Source of the DNA: Promethearchaeota archaeon
GTDB lineage: Archaea > Asgardarchaeota > Heimdallarchaeia > Hodarchaeales > Hodarchaeaceae
Assembly: GCA_048938105.1 (NCBI GenBank)
Contig: JBHLMN010000002.1
Location: forward strand, 96,001 to 160,000
Reading direction: 5' to 3'
Length of the DNA: 64,000 bases
Positions 29,683 to 39,047 of the stretch are shown in pieces; within the stretch, counting starts at the first letter, position 1; each line of letters begins with the position of its first letter. Position numbers and translations under genes: made by a program. The notes beneath the pieces are model-generated. The model was not told the origin of the DNA and did no database searches. It was given only the letters and a program-made list of their open reading frames with translations.

Positions 29683-29839
29683 TCTTTAAATCCTCAGAAT
29701 AGTTCGCAGATAAAAATCAGGCATGACTAAGACCCATAAAATTTCTAGGAATTAAATACTTAACGAAACAATGAAGTTTAATACTTAACCATAAGTTCTT
29801 TATAAAGAAAGTTTCAAAGGGTTCGCTTGAGACTTTCAA

Positions 29840-30541
29840 TTGCCAAATTTTCAAACATGCCTTGAAGAATTACGTTTAATCCTTCAGAGCGAGTCTCGCT
29901 TAATCATTGATCTTCCAGATGGTTTTCAACGAGCAGCAGTATTAATCCCTTTCATCTGGCGCGAGAAGGGTTGGTCTATTATTTTCACCCGCCGAACTGC
30001 AAATGTGCCTTATCATAAAAATGAAATATCTTTCCCAGGAGGGAGGTATGAGGCTGATTTTGATGAGGATTTAATCCAAACAGCTTTACGAGAAGTAGAT
30101 GAGGAGCTGGGAATTCAAAAGGTAAAAGTCCTAGGATTAATTGATGATCTTTTAACAATAAGTAAATTTGTTGTTACACCAGTAGTAGGCATTATTGAAG
30201 ATACTAAGGAAGTTGATGCTGAAGAGATACCTACACAAGAAATCGAATATATTTTAAACCCCCTGATTTATGATTTGACCAATCCAGAGATTTTTTCAAT
30301 TAAGGAAATGAAATATCAGGATAATTTTATTTTCAAAGTTCCATTTTTTAATTATACAGAAAATGAGGTTATCTGGGGTGCAACAGCTCGGATTCTTGTA
30401 AATCTTTTGAAGAAACTTAACCAATTATCGCTTGATTGCAGGTTAAAGTTGATGAAACGCTATTTATGGGAAGGAAATGGCAAAATTAATAATGGATTAG
30501 ATTATGTAGATAATTTGAAACTTATAAAAAGGAATAGTTAA
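29840..30541 (+). CDS. Nudix CoA pyrophosphatase (NudL/PCD1 family)
   Basis: AAVLIP, FTRR...HKNEISFPGG...TALREVDEELG, IWGATARIL. Confidence 0.9.
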   Translation: MPNFQTCLEELRLILQSESRLIIDLPDGFQRAAVLIPFIWREKGWSIIFTRRTANVPYHKNEISFPGGRYEADFDEDLIQTALREVDEELGIQKVKVLGLIDDLLTISKFVVTPVVGIIEDTKEVDAEEIPTQEIEYILNPLIYDLTNPEIFSIKEMKYQDNFIFKVPFFNYTENEVIWGATARILVNLLKKLNQLSLDCRLKLMKRYLWEGNGKINNGLDYVDNLKLIKRNS

Positions 30542-30576
30542 TCAAATAAAATATGAGAATAAACAATTTTAGCTGT

Positions 30577-31902
30577 TTATTCACTTTCCCCTTGTACCTC
30601 ATCATAAATCTCTTTTACAGTGTCATAAGTGACTTTCAATTTCCTTTCAGAGATTTTATCGATAATTTTGTCTATAATTGTCCCTTTTGCTCCCATGGAA
30701 GCAGCTAGATTCCGTGCGTGTAATTTCATGTGTCCAGCTTGGATACCAACAGTAGCTAAAGCCCGTAAAGCACCAAAGTTTTGTGCCAAGCCGACAGCAG
30801 CCATAATTTCTGCAAGCTTTAGAGCTCCTCCTGGAACGCTCAATCCTAAAATCTTGAATGAAATTTGAGCTAATGGATGAATGCGAGCAACACCTCCTAC
30901 TAGACCAATAGCAAGTGGTAGCTCAATTGTACCTACCAAATCTCCATTTCCATCTTTTTCCCATGTCGTCAATGAGGAATATTTACCAGTAACTTTAACT
31001 GCTGCATAAGTATGAGCGCCTGCCTCTATAGCCCTCCAATCTTGAGCAGTGGCAATTGCAACCGCATCTATACCATTCATAATACCTTTATTGTGGGTAC
31101 TACATCGATAAGGATCCGCTTCTGCAAAAGCATATGCGTTGAGAATACCATTGACAACTTCTTCACCTTTCATATTTTCTGTTTCCAATTCATTAGCATT
31201 GAACACTGCTCTTGCTCTTACTAATCGTCTATCAGCTAGGTTCGATATAATTCTTAAAAGAGCTTGACCACCAATGATCTTTTCTAATAGTGGAGCGACT
31301 GCTTCATTCATTGTATTGACAGCGTTTGCGCCCATTGCATCTCGAACATCCACTAATAGTTCAGTAATGACCATAGCTCCTTTCATTGTGTTTGTTAATA
31401 CTTTCACGTTTATTCCTTGACAACCTCCTCCAAATTTCACCAATATAGGATCCTGTTTGTTGGCTAGTTCGACGATCTCCTGTTCATGTTCTAGAATTTT
31501 CTCACGAGCATTGTATGGATCAGGTACATTAATCATCTGAATTTGACCAATCATAATTGGGGGTGTTGTACTTGTAAAAAATCCGCCACTTACACGAGCT
31601 ATTTTTGCAGAATTTGAGGCTGCTGCCACTACTGAAGCTTCTTCAATGGCCATAGGTACCAAATAATCCGTTCCATTGATAGCAAAATTGGTAGCGATAC
31701 CTAAAGGAACCTGCATAACTGCAATAGTATTTTCAATGTAATGTCCTTGTCCAGCCTTATCTAGAATGTCAGTAGAACCCTTTATATAATCTAAATCCTC
31801 TTGATTTAAATTACAAAGTTTCTGAATAATGTTTTGTCTTTCTTCGACACTTTTTTTGAAGAAACCTGCAATTCGAGAATTGATCTTGCTTTCATCATCC
31901 AT
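30577..31902 (-). CDS. mvaA: Class II HMG-CoA reductase
   Basis: IENTI, PMAIEEASVVAA, DAMGAN, THNKGIMNG, GIQAGHMKLHARN. Confidence 0.95.
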   Translation of the reverse strand: MDDESKINSRIAGFFKKSVEERQNIIQKLCNLNQEDLDYIKGSTDILDKAGQGHYIENTIAVMQVPLGIATNFAINGTDYLVPMAIEEASVVAAASNSAKIARVSGGFFTSTTPPIMIGQIQMINVPDPYNAREKILEHEQEIVELANKQDPILVKFGGGCQGINVKVLTNTMKGAMVITELLVDVRDAMGANAVNTMNEAVAPLLEKIIGGQALLRIISNLADRRLVRARAVFNANELETENMKGEEVVNGILNAYAFAEADPYRCSTHNKGIMNGIDAVAIATAQDWRAIEAGAHTYAAVKVTGKYSSLTTWEKDGNGDLVGTIELPLAIGLVGGVARIHPLAQISFKILGLSVPGGALKLAEIMAAVGLAQNFGALRALATVGIQAGHMKLHARNLAASMGAKGTIIDKIIDKISERKLKVTYDTVKEIYDEVQGESE

Positions 31903-32137
31903 TTTAAAGCATCCTATATACTTTCTTATTCATGAGAATCGTTTTTGAACCTAGGTTAATAAAGACTTAAAATTTCTTTAGTCTATATCTTATAAAGAGA
32001 ATTAGGCTCTCTCTCCGAATATACATTACCTATTTCCTTCTCTTCTAGTTTAGCTTGGAAATCATAAAATATATCGAGTTAAGCACGGAGTAGAGTTTAC
32101 ATAGGATAATATTCAGGAGATAGAATAGATATTATTC

Positions 32138-32977
32138 TTATGATTCTAAGTTTATACTAAGAAAAGTATTTGCAGGGCATGTAAAATAAATGGAATTACC
32201 TGCAGGTATGGGTATATATAGATCATCTAATTCTATAATTGATGTACCTTCTTGGAGGTAAATGGCAAAAATTGGCTTTTTTGACTTACAAGTTGTTGTT
32301 TTATTATCATTTGGAAGAGAATATAAAGCAATTCTGCCCTCTGTAGCTGCTGTTGATGTATGAAGAGTTGATAAGATAAGATCTCGATTCGTGGCCTTGA
32401 ATAAAATCTTAGCCTTGGATTCAGTTACAGCAGCGATTTCTTCCTCACAATAATATTCAATCTTAGATTCTTTAATTACTGGCGAGGGTGGTGGTTTTGC
32501 TACTGGTTCAGGAGAGACAGTTGATTTCGATTCAGCTTTGATTGGAGTCCTTGTTTTTACAGAATCTACTTTCTTTAAAGTAGCGGGATGAGTAACAATT
32601 TCTGTTGGCATTGGTTCGGGTAGATCAGTAGATATAGAGGGTGGAGAAACCTCTAAAAGAGTATTGGCGCTAATTTCTTTTCCCCCAAGACTTTCAATAA
32701 ATTCCCAAAACGCACTAGTTTCATTTCCTTGGTCTTCTGTCGATACTCTATGAGTAAGTCCTCGTTCCATTCTCATTTGGCGAGCAATTTGGGAACTAAT
32801 GAATCGTTTTCGAACCGAAGAATTTGAACCTGTCCAAATAAAAATCTGTCGTTTATCCTCATCTAGAAAAATGACAACCTCTGTTTCCTTCAGATCTTTT
32901 TCAGGGCTTGTGAATTTAATTGGTATATATTCCCCATCTGGACTTGGGATAAATGCATGTACACTCTGTTCACTCAT
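32138..32977 (-). CDS. Gelsolin-domain protein (one gelsolin domain, Pro-rich linker, C-terminal beta domain)
   Basis: DLKETEVVIFLD...IFIWTGSNSS...EDQGNETSAFWEF. Confidence 0.85.
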   Translation of the reverse strand: MSEQSVHAFIPSPDGEYIPIKFTSPEKDLKETEVVIFLDEDKRQIFIWTGSNSSVRKRFISSQIARQMRMERGLTHRVSTEDQGNETSAFWEFIESLGGKEISANTLLEVSPPSISTDLPEPMPTEIVTHPATLKKVDSVKTRTPIKAESKSTVSPEPVAKPPPSPVIKESKIEYYCEEEIAAVTESKAKILFKATNRDLILSTLHTSTAATEGRIALYSLPNDNKTTTCKSKKPIFAIYLQEGTSIIELDDLYIPIPAGNSIYFTCPANTFLSINLES

Positions 32978-33063
32978 TTTTTTGCCTCTTAATTAACTAA
33001 AAAAATCCTCTCTCTTTAATGTTTTAAATTATATGGTCATTTCACAATGAAAAATTAACTTTG

Positions 33064-33114
33064 AAAGAATCTCATTTGTTTTTAAAATCACAAAAACATT
33101 AAAGAATCTCATTT
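33064..33114 (+). repeat. 14-bp direct repeat in the divergent gelsolin/tRNA intergenic region
   Basis: AAAGAATCTCATTT at 33064 and 33101. Confidence 0.55.
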
Positions 33115-33300
33115 TTAAATATATATTTAATTATAAAAGCTAGAAAATTAGATTTATGATGAAACATTGTAGTTAAAATCTTATAATCTGCGATTAAGAT
33201 GGATAACCGGAGAGTAATAAAAAAGTTTATATTATCCAGTTAAAAGGAACAATCTGGCTGGTACTGAGAGGTATTCAAACTATTTGATTTATAAGCTTTT

Positions 33301-33402
33301 GCGGAGGTACCAAAGTGGCTATAACTTCGGATCTAATAGTCCGATTAGCTAAGGAGCAGCCTGCAAAGCTGTATTACGTGTGTTCGAATCACACCCTCCG
33401 CT
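33301..33402 (+). tRNA. tRNA-Cys(GCA) with a ~30-nt intron in the D-arm (about 33323-33352)
   Basis: Acceptor GCGGAGG/CCTCCGC, U73, anticodon arm GCAGC-CTGCAAA-GCTGT, T-arm GTGTG-TTCGAAT-CACAC; removing the insert restores D-stem CCA/TGG. Confidence 0.9.
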
Positions 33403-33467
33403 GTTTCTTTTTATATGATTCGAAAAGCCTATTCTAGATAAAATTTCTTGGCAAGGAGTTATAATCA

Positions 33468-35267
33468 ATGTCTGCCACTCTTTTCGATGTTGTTGTACTT
33501 GATACGAATTTTTTCATTTCTCTAATGAATGCTGGGGTCTCAAATATCTTATTACCTAATTTACAGAAAATCGCGGCATCTGTTGGAATGCTAGTAATGG
33601 TTCCCGAAGAACTCCCGAAAACAGACATACCAGGAAGGTTTCGGGAGTTACGGAGAACAATACCTAGATATATTCAGATGGAACGTGTTAATCGAGCATC
33701 TAAACTTTGGAATCAGACTGCGAGGTATGCGGTTCAAGAGCGAATGGTTCGAGTTAAAGATGACCCAGCTGATATTGATGTTGTGATCTTAGCAAAAAAG
33801 TTCACACTTAAGAATAACAATAAAGTAGCTCTAGTCTCTGACGATGAAGGCGTTGCCCGAATTATTAAGGAAAATCGTGTGTTCAAAGGAATTGATCATC
33901 TTTCTTGTGGTTCTTTTGTTTCTATCCTTGCTGCAGCTGTATCTGATCCTGAAATGCGAGAAATACTCGATCAAACCGTTGAAAGAGTATTTCGTGCTTC
34001 TTGGAGTTATAAGAAAAAAACACGACGGTATATTGATATAGCTATGTTGATAGATGATTTAACTGATACAGCACGGTTTGTGCGGTCTGCTGCACAAGTT
34101 GGAATTGAAACTTCGATTATAGAGGTCGAAGGAGAGGCAGCTGCTTCTCCGCAAGAAGTTGAAATTATAACACCTGAAGATGCTTTGATTATTGCCCAGC
34201 AATTAGTGATTAAGGCAAGGGGAACAAGAGAGAGCTTTAATATTCAGGATGCAGAAGTTGTTCTTATAGAAATCTTGACCAAAAGTTCTGAACTTGTGTA
34301 TTCAATTGATGATCTTGAACAGCGCGTGATTGTTGAACGTCTACTCCGTTCTGAGCTATTTGAACATCATAGTTGGCTTCTAGAGTTCAATTTAACACGA
34401 AATCAAATTATTGAAGCTTTGGTTCACGCAGAAGCCTGTCGTGTTTACATGAATTTTATTTCTGTGGGTAAAGAAGCAATTGAAAACTTGATTTCACTGC
34501 AGGGATTATTATATCTGTTATTAGGCCAATATATTCAAGCTCTTAGATTATTTGAATCAGTTTCCTCAAAAGAGCAGGAAATGTCTCCAACACAGCTACT
34601 TGGTCTTACAGTTTCGTTAATTGCAACCAAAAGACCAAATAATGCTATACTTTTGCTTAAACAAAACCCAGATCTTTTGGATGGTATAATATCTTCTCTA
34701 CATACTTATGCTAATGATTTGTATTCACATGATCAACGTGAGCTTGCAATTGAAGTCTTAAAAACAATCGTGAAGAATTTCAGCGACCGAGAGGAGGTTT
34801 ATCGTTCAATCAAACGTTTGTTCATTTTGACCAGACTACGTTCGGATCTTATAGAACTGGATTTAAAAGTCTTAAGAATATTTAAACAGAAGTTAAAGGA
34901 AAAGGGGAAAGATTTATCGAAAAGAGGTGTCCCTGCAGCTTGGCAAAAAATGCTTCCTCTTGAAATATCCGCTTCCGAAAATGAGGGCTTAGTAGAACAG
35001 TTTAAAGGCTTTTACCATATTCTTGATTTATCCTTAGATCATGAACGTAATGAATTACGCGTTATTGCTTGGAATGAGAGCAATAATTCGACATGGGAGC
35101 TCGTTTTTGATGAGGCATATGAACCTGCTTTGGAAGAAAGCGTGAAAATTAGAATAACATCTGGAACAATTACTAACATCCAACAGGCTGGAAAAAGGGA
35201 AATGTATAGGGGTACATTAGTATTTGAAGATCCTGCGATACAACCAGAATTAATAAAACCATGGTAA
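33468..35267 (+). CDS. PIN-domain nuclease fused to a TPR-like solenoid and a C-terminal beta (OB-like) domain
   Basis: VVLDTNFF, DPADIDVVILA, LVSDD; helical repeats follow. Confidence 0.75.
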   Translation: MSATLFDVVVLDTNFFISLMNAGVSNILLPNLQKIAASVGMLVMVPEELPKTDIPGRFRELRRTIPRYIQMERVNRASKLWNQTARYAVQERMVRVKDDPADIDVVILAKKFTLKNNNKVALVSDDEGVARIIKENRVFKGIDHLSCGSFVSILAAAVSDPEMREILDQTVERVFRASWSYKKKTRRYIDIAMLIDDLTDTARFVRSAAQVGIETSIIEVEGEAAASPQEVEIITPEDALIIAQQLVIKARGTRESFNIQDAEVVLIEILTKSSELVYSIDDLEQRVIVERLLRSELFEHHSWLLEFNLTRNQIIEALVHAEACRVYMNFISVGKEAIENLISLQGLLYLLLGQYIQALRLFESVSSKEQEMSPTQLLGLTVSLIATKRPNNAILLLKQNPDLLDGIISSLHTYANDLYSHDQRELAIEVLKTIVKNFSDREEVYRSIKRLFILTRLRSDLIELDLKVLRIFKQKLKEKGKDLSKRGVPAAWQKMLPLEISASENEGLVEQFKGFYHILDLSLDHERNELRVIAWNESNNSTWELVFDEAYEPALEESVKIRITSGTITNIQQAGKREMYRGTLVFEDPAIQPELIKPW

Positions 35268-35345
35268 AGGGAGATTTTGATAATTTGTCCCTCTCGTTAA
35301 TTGAAACTCAATTCGATGAATAGATTATACCATTGTAAAATTAGC

Positions 35346-36317
35346 TTAATGCCAGAGTTCTTGGAGTTCTTTTCGTAGTGAAAAAATCGGATCTTTTTCT
35401 AAAAATCTCTTAAGTTGTTTCGAAACGGGGGCTGCGAATTTATGACAATCCATGATCAAGTAAGATATAAATTCTGGTTGGATTATTTCGAAATATCTGT
35501 TCCATACAGTTAAATTAGGTTTTGAAATCTTTGTTATTTCTTTAGGATCTCTATGAGGAATTATGGGGTGCCAATCACTATTGCTGTCAATCATCTCTCT
35601 TAAACAGACTTTAGAAGGTGAGGCAGCTATTATTACTTCCTTTGATTTCGTGTGAAAAAGATGGGCAATTGTTGCTGAACCAATCTTGTTAAGTACTTGG
35701 CCATTTGAATGAATCATATCTGCTCCTAGAACAGCGACTTCGGCCTGTCGTGAAAATTCATTAACCGCGAAATCTATGCCTAGATGAATTTTTTCGAAAC
35801 CTGCATTCGCTAACGAGAGAGCTGTTCGCTCACCTTCTTTTAAAGGTCTGGATTCTAATATGAAAATCTCTTTATCATGATATCCACCCCCAGCTAACTG
35901 TAATAATGCGGTAGTCACGGTTGATGAATGAGAAAAGGTTAAAATAGTATATTTATCCTGTAAGATCTTAGTGAGTGTTTCAATAGTGTTTTTTTCACCA
36001 ATTCTCATTTGTTCTCGTCGTGTGGCAAATATTAACTCTATTGCTGCTTTAGAATCTTCTTTTTGTAGCCCACCAGATTTGATAAACTGTGTGAGCTTTA
36101 GATAAATTGGTAAAAGTGCATTCTCAATCGTTGCCATGGGATGAGTATCTAGTAGTTGTTGGATTGCAGTCTTTAGAATAGAACTGTTAAGTTTATTACC
36201 TAAATTAAGACATTCACGCTTCAAAATAAGTAGAGTAGCTTCTGAAATCTTGGCTGCACCACTCTGTTTGTCATTGTGAACAAATTCTACCTCTTTAAGA
36301 AATGTTTTGGATAACAC
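35346..36317 (-). CDS. eIF2B alpha/beta/delta family protein (aIF-2B-like)
   Basis: DKQSGA, HPMA, TFSHSSTV, ESRPLKEG, LGAD, NKIGS, NRYFE. Confidence 0.85.
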   Translation of the reverse strand: MLSKTFLKEVEFVHNDKQSGAAKISEATLLILKRECLNLGNKLNSSILKTAIQQLLDTHPMATIENALLPIYLKLTQFIKSGGLQKEDSKAAIELIFATRREQMRIGEKNTIETLTKILQDKYTILTFSHSSTVTTALLQLAGGGYHDKEIFILESRPLKEGERTALSLANAGFEKIHLGIDFAVNEFSRQAEVAVLGADMIHSNGQVLNKIGSATIAHLFHTKSKEVIIAASPSKVCLREMIDSNSDWHPIIPHRDPKEITKISKPNLTVWNRYFEIIQPEFISYLIMDCHKFAAPVSKQLKRFLEKDPIFSLRKELQELWH

Positions 36318-36531
36318 ATTAGCCCCAGCACTGTACTAAGTAAAAATTTTAATTAAAAATAAGAAAGAATTCATTTCAGAGATCTGAATTTTTGTTTGAT
36401 CAAGATCTCTACAATAATTATAATTTCTTTCCTATTTTTAATCGGACATAAGCACTTTGTTATTTTTGACTGATAACTATTTTAGTCTGATTCTCGTATT
36501 TTCAATAATCTCATTCAACCGAGACTTGTCA

Positions 36532-37218
36532 TCAAATTAATGTTCGAGTATGTACCAAAGTGAAATCTTTTGCCAATTTTCCTAATTCTTGTGCTTTTTT
36601 AACATTTAGATGATAAGGTGAATGGTGGTCACCTAAATTAGTTGCTTCAATATATGCATGGGTTGCATTTCTCAAGAAATTATAGAGATTATCATTCATT
36701 CCAGTGTCTCCAGTGAAAACTAACCATTTTTCTTCATTCTTAAAAATAGCGAATCCTAATGCTGGTATTTCAGATAAGATTCCATGTGAGAGAGTGGATC
36801 CCATATGTTTCATTTGATAAGCAACCACTCTTATTTCATCTGAAATATAAATTTGATCCTTATGCTTAAGGTCACATGATTTCAGTTTAAAAGGAGTAGT
36901 GTCATGATAGGAAGAGATAAATAAATTAATAAGACCTTCAATCTCTTTAGAACCTTTAGGATAATAAATCTCAACTGGTGAGGATTGTCCAACCATTCGC
37001 AAAAAGCCTAGTAATGAAAATAATCCCCCACAATGATCGTAATGTCCATGAGTGAGAAATATATGTAATGGGAAGGACAATGGAAAGGATATTTCTTCTT
37101 TTAAGAGATCTCGGATGATACCGTCACCAATATCTAGTAAAATCATCATCTTCTGTGGTTCTAGAACTAAAATCTGGGTAGCTATTCCAGCACTAGAGTA
37201 TAAAACTTTATGATCCAT
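36532..37218 (-). CDS. RNase Z-like MBL-fold hydrolase
   Basis: LLDIGDG, THGHYDH, FTGDT, EAT, LVH. Confidence 0.8.
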   Translation of the reverse strand: MDHKVLYSSAGIATQILVLEPQKMMILLDIGDGIIRDLLKEEISFPLSFPLHIFLTHGHYDHCGGLFSLLGFLRMVGQSSPVEIYYPKGSKEIEGLINLFISSYHDTTPFKLKSCDLKHKDQIYISDEIRVVAYQMKHMGSTLSHGILSEIPALGFAIFKNEEKWLVFTGDTGMNDNLYNFLRNATHAYIEATNLGDHHSPYHLNVKKAQELGKLAKDFTLVHTRTLI

Positions 37219-37227
37219 TTTAGAACC

Positions 37228-38307
37228 CTAATCAGGGAATGAATCCCAATTAAGAAGCTTTTCAATTAATTGACATCGAAGAAGCACTTCATTTTGAATG
37301 CCTGTTTTTCCACCAAAAAGATCAGTCATATTTTGTATATGTATAATACTCATTAGAACCATCAATGCTAAGTGGAAATTCAGAGGGATATAATTACCAC
37401 GATAATATTTTGACAAAGAAGTTCGTTCATGAGCTAGGACTTCACTATATCCAGATAAAAATGACTTTACGTTCATTCGGAGTTTTGTTAAGGATTTATC
37501 AATACGATATTGATCAACAGCTTCAACAGCAAAAAAATTGCAGATATCTTCTAATCGATCATGTTCTTTAGATGTGTCTAAGTATTCAGGGTCAATAATG
37601 TGAGTTTGAATCATTGGGATTTGACCGATTCGAACATCAAAGATTAAGTTCCCAGGATGAAAGTCTCCAAAGCTTATTGATCCAGATAAATGAGAAGCCT
37701 CTTCTGCTCGAGCCCCTACTTCATCAAAAAGATTTTTCAGCTGGTATTTTGGGTCTTTTGCTATTGGTAGGTTCTCTAAACTCCTTGACAATAACAGTTT
37801 ATATTTGTCAAACCAACAACGATCTGATTCTGAACCATGAAATGCCGCAAGACCACGTCCAGCAAATCGGTATTTTTGAGGTCGAGGGATCTTTGATTCC
37901 CGAAAAACGTCTCCCTGGATTCCCTCCATTACTATCACACTTCTAGAAAAGAAAATGACTGAGGCTGATGAAATTCCAAAATGTGAGTATTTTTTTTGTG
38001 ATAGACGATTTTCAAGGATATTGATTCGTTTGACAACTTCCAATGCAAGTTCTTGTTTATCATAGATTTTAACGGCAATACTGGCTTCATCTGATCCTAA
38101 ATTGCTTTCAAGTTGAACCTTAACGATATGAATTCCTGTAGTGCCCAACTTCCTCTCTACTGTTATATTACGGACTTCAATGGTTTTAGGTGTCTGATGA
38201 TAAGACTTTTCAAGTGCCTTGACGAAATAATCAGAAAATCCTTCGATAATTCGCATTAAAACTACTTTTAAGCGATCTTGATGGGAATCGTTCATGTTAG
38301 TTTTCAT
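37228..38307 (-). CDS. APH/choline-kinase-like phosphotransferase
   Basis: IAVKIY, VMEGI, LAAFH, GDFHPGN, IIDPE. Confidence 0.75.
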   Translation of the reverse strand: MKTNMNDSHQDRLKVVLMRIIEGFSDYFVKALEKSYHQTPKTIEVRNITVERKLGTTGIHIVKVQLESNLGSDEASIAVKIYDKQELALEVVKRINILENRLSQKKYSHFGISSASVIFFSRSVIVMEGIQGDVFRESKIPRPQKYRFAGRGLAAFHGSESDRCWFDKYKLLLSRSLENLPIAKDPKYQLKNLFDEVGARAEEASHLSGSISFGDFHPGNLIFDVRIGQIPMIQTHIIDPEYLDTSKEHDRLEDICNFFAVEAVDQYRIDKSLTKLRMNVKSFLSGYSEVLAHERTSLSKYYRGNYIPLNFHLALMVLMSIIHIQNMTDLFGGKTGIQNEVLLRCQLIEKLLNWDSFPD

Positions 38308-38413
38308 ACATTCACAGAACTAATAAATATATTTCAATCGTTAATAAAAAAATTACTTGACTATATCTACATTATTCTAAATAATAATGATATTAAACGG
38401 TGAAAAAATAACA

Positions 38414-38962
38414 ATGATACTATCTTACCAAGATATTCTAGCAGCAATTGAAGCTCGTGAGATAATAATAACTCCTTATGATGAATCAGCAGTGGGGCCT
38501 TGTAGTATTGATTTAAAATTAGGTGATACCTTTTTAGTATTCCACCATGGTAGGTTGTTCCGTCCAAACGATCGAAAGGCTATTTTGAAAAACTCAGAGG
38601 TTTTTCGGATTGAAAATGATGAATCATTCCTTTTATCGCCCAATCAGTTTGTTCTCGCCTCCACTCTTGAGAAGATTTCAATATCAAAGAAGTATGCTGC
38701 CACTCTCCAAGGTAAATCCTCAATTGCTAGATTAGGGATCGTAGTACAAGCTGCTGGACTAGTTAATCCAGGAACAGGTCTGAAGGATCCCACAACCCTC
38801 ACACTAGAGATCGCCCACCAAGCTAATTCACCAGTTGAGTTAGTTCCAGGGATGCCAATAATTCAAATAATATTTCATCAATTAACTTCTGAATCAGATG
38901 TTGGATATGATGATAGAGAGAGAAGTATGTATATTGGTCTAGATGCAGAGCCTAGGGTTTGA
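38414..38962 (+). CDS. dcd: dCTP deaminase
   Basis: MILSY, PCSIDLKLG, GKSSIARLG, LTLEI, IIQIIF; ATG at 38414 follows GGTGA. Confidence 0.9.
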   Translation: MILSYQDILAAIEAREIIITPYDESAVGPCSIDLKLGDTFLVFHHGRLFRPNDRKAILKNSEVFRIENDESFLLSPNQFVLASTLEKISISKKYAATLQGKSSIARLGIVVQAAGLVNPGTGLKDPTTLTLEIAHQANSPVELVPGMPIIQIIFHQLTSESDVGYDDRERSMYIGLDAEPRV

Positions 38963-39047
38963 AAAAAGAATATATAGAGAGGATTTGAGCGCATTGGCTC
39001 GAATTATTAATGAAGTTGTTATTTACATCACTATTAGGAATCAATAT

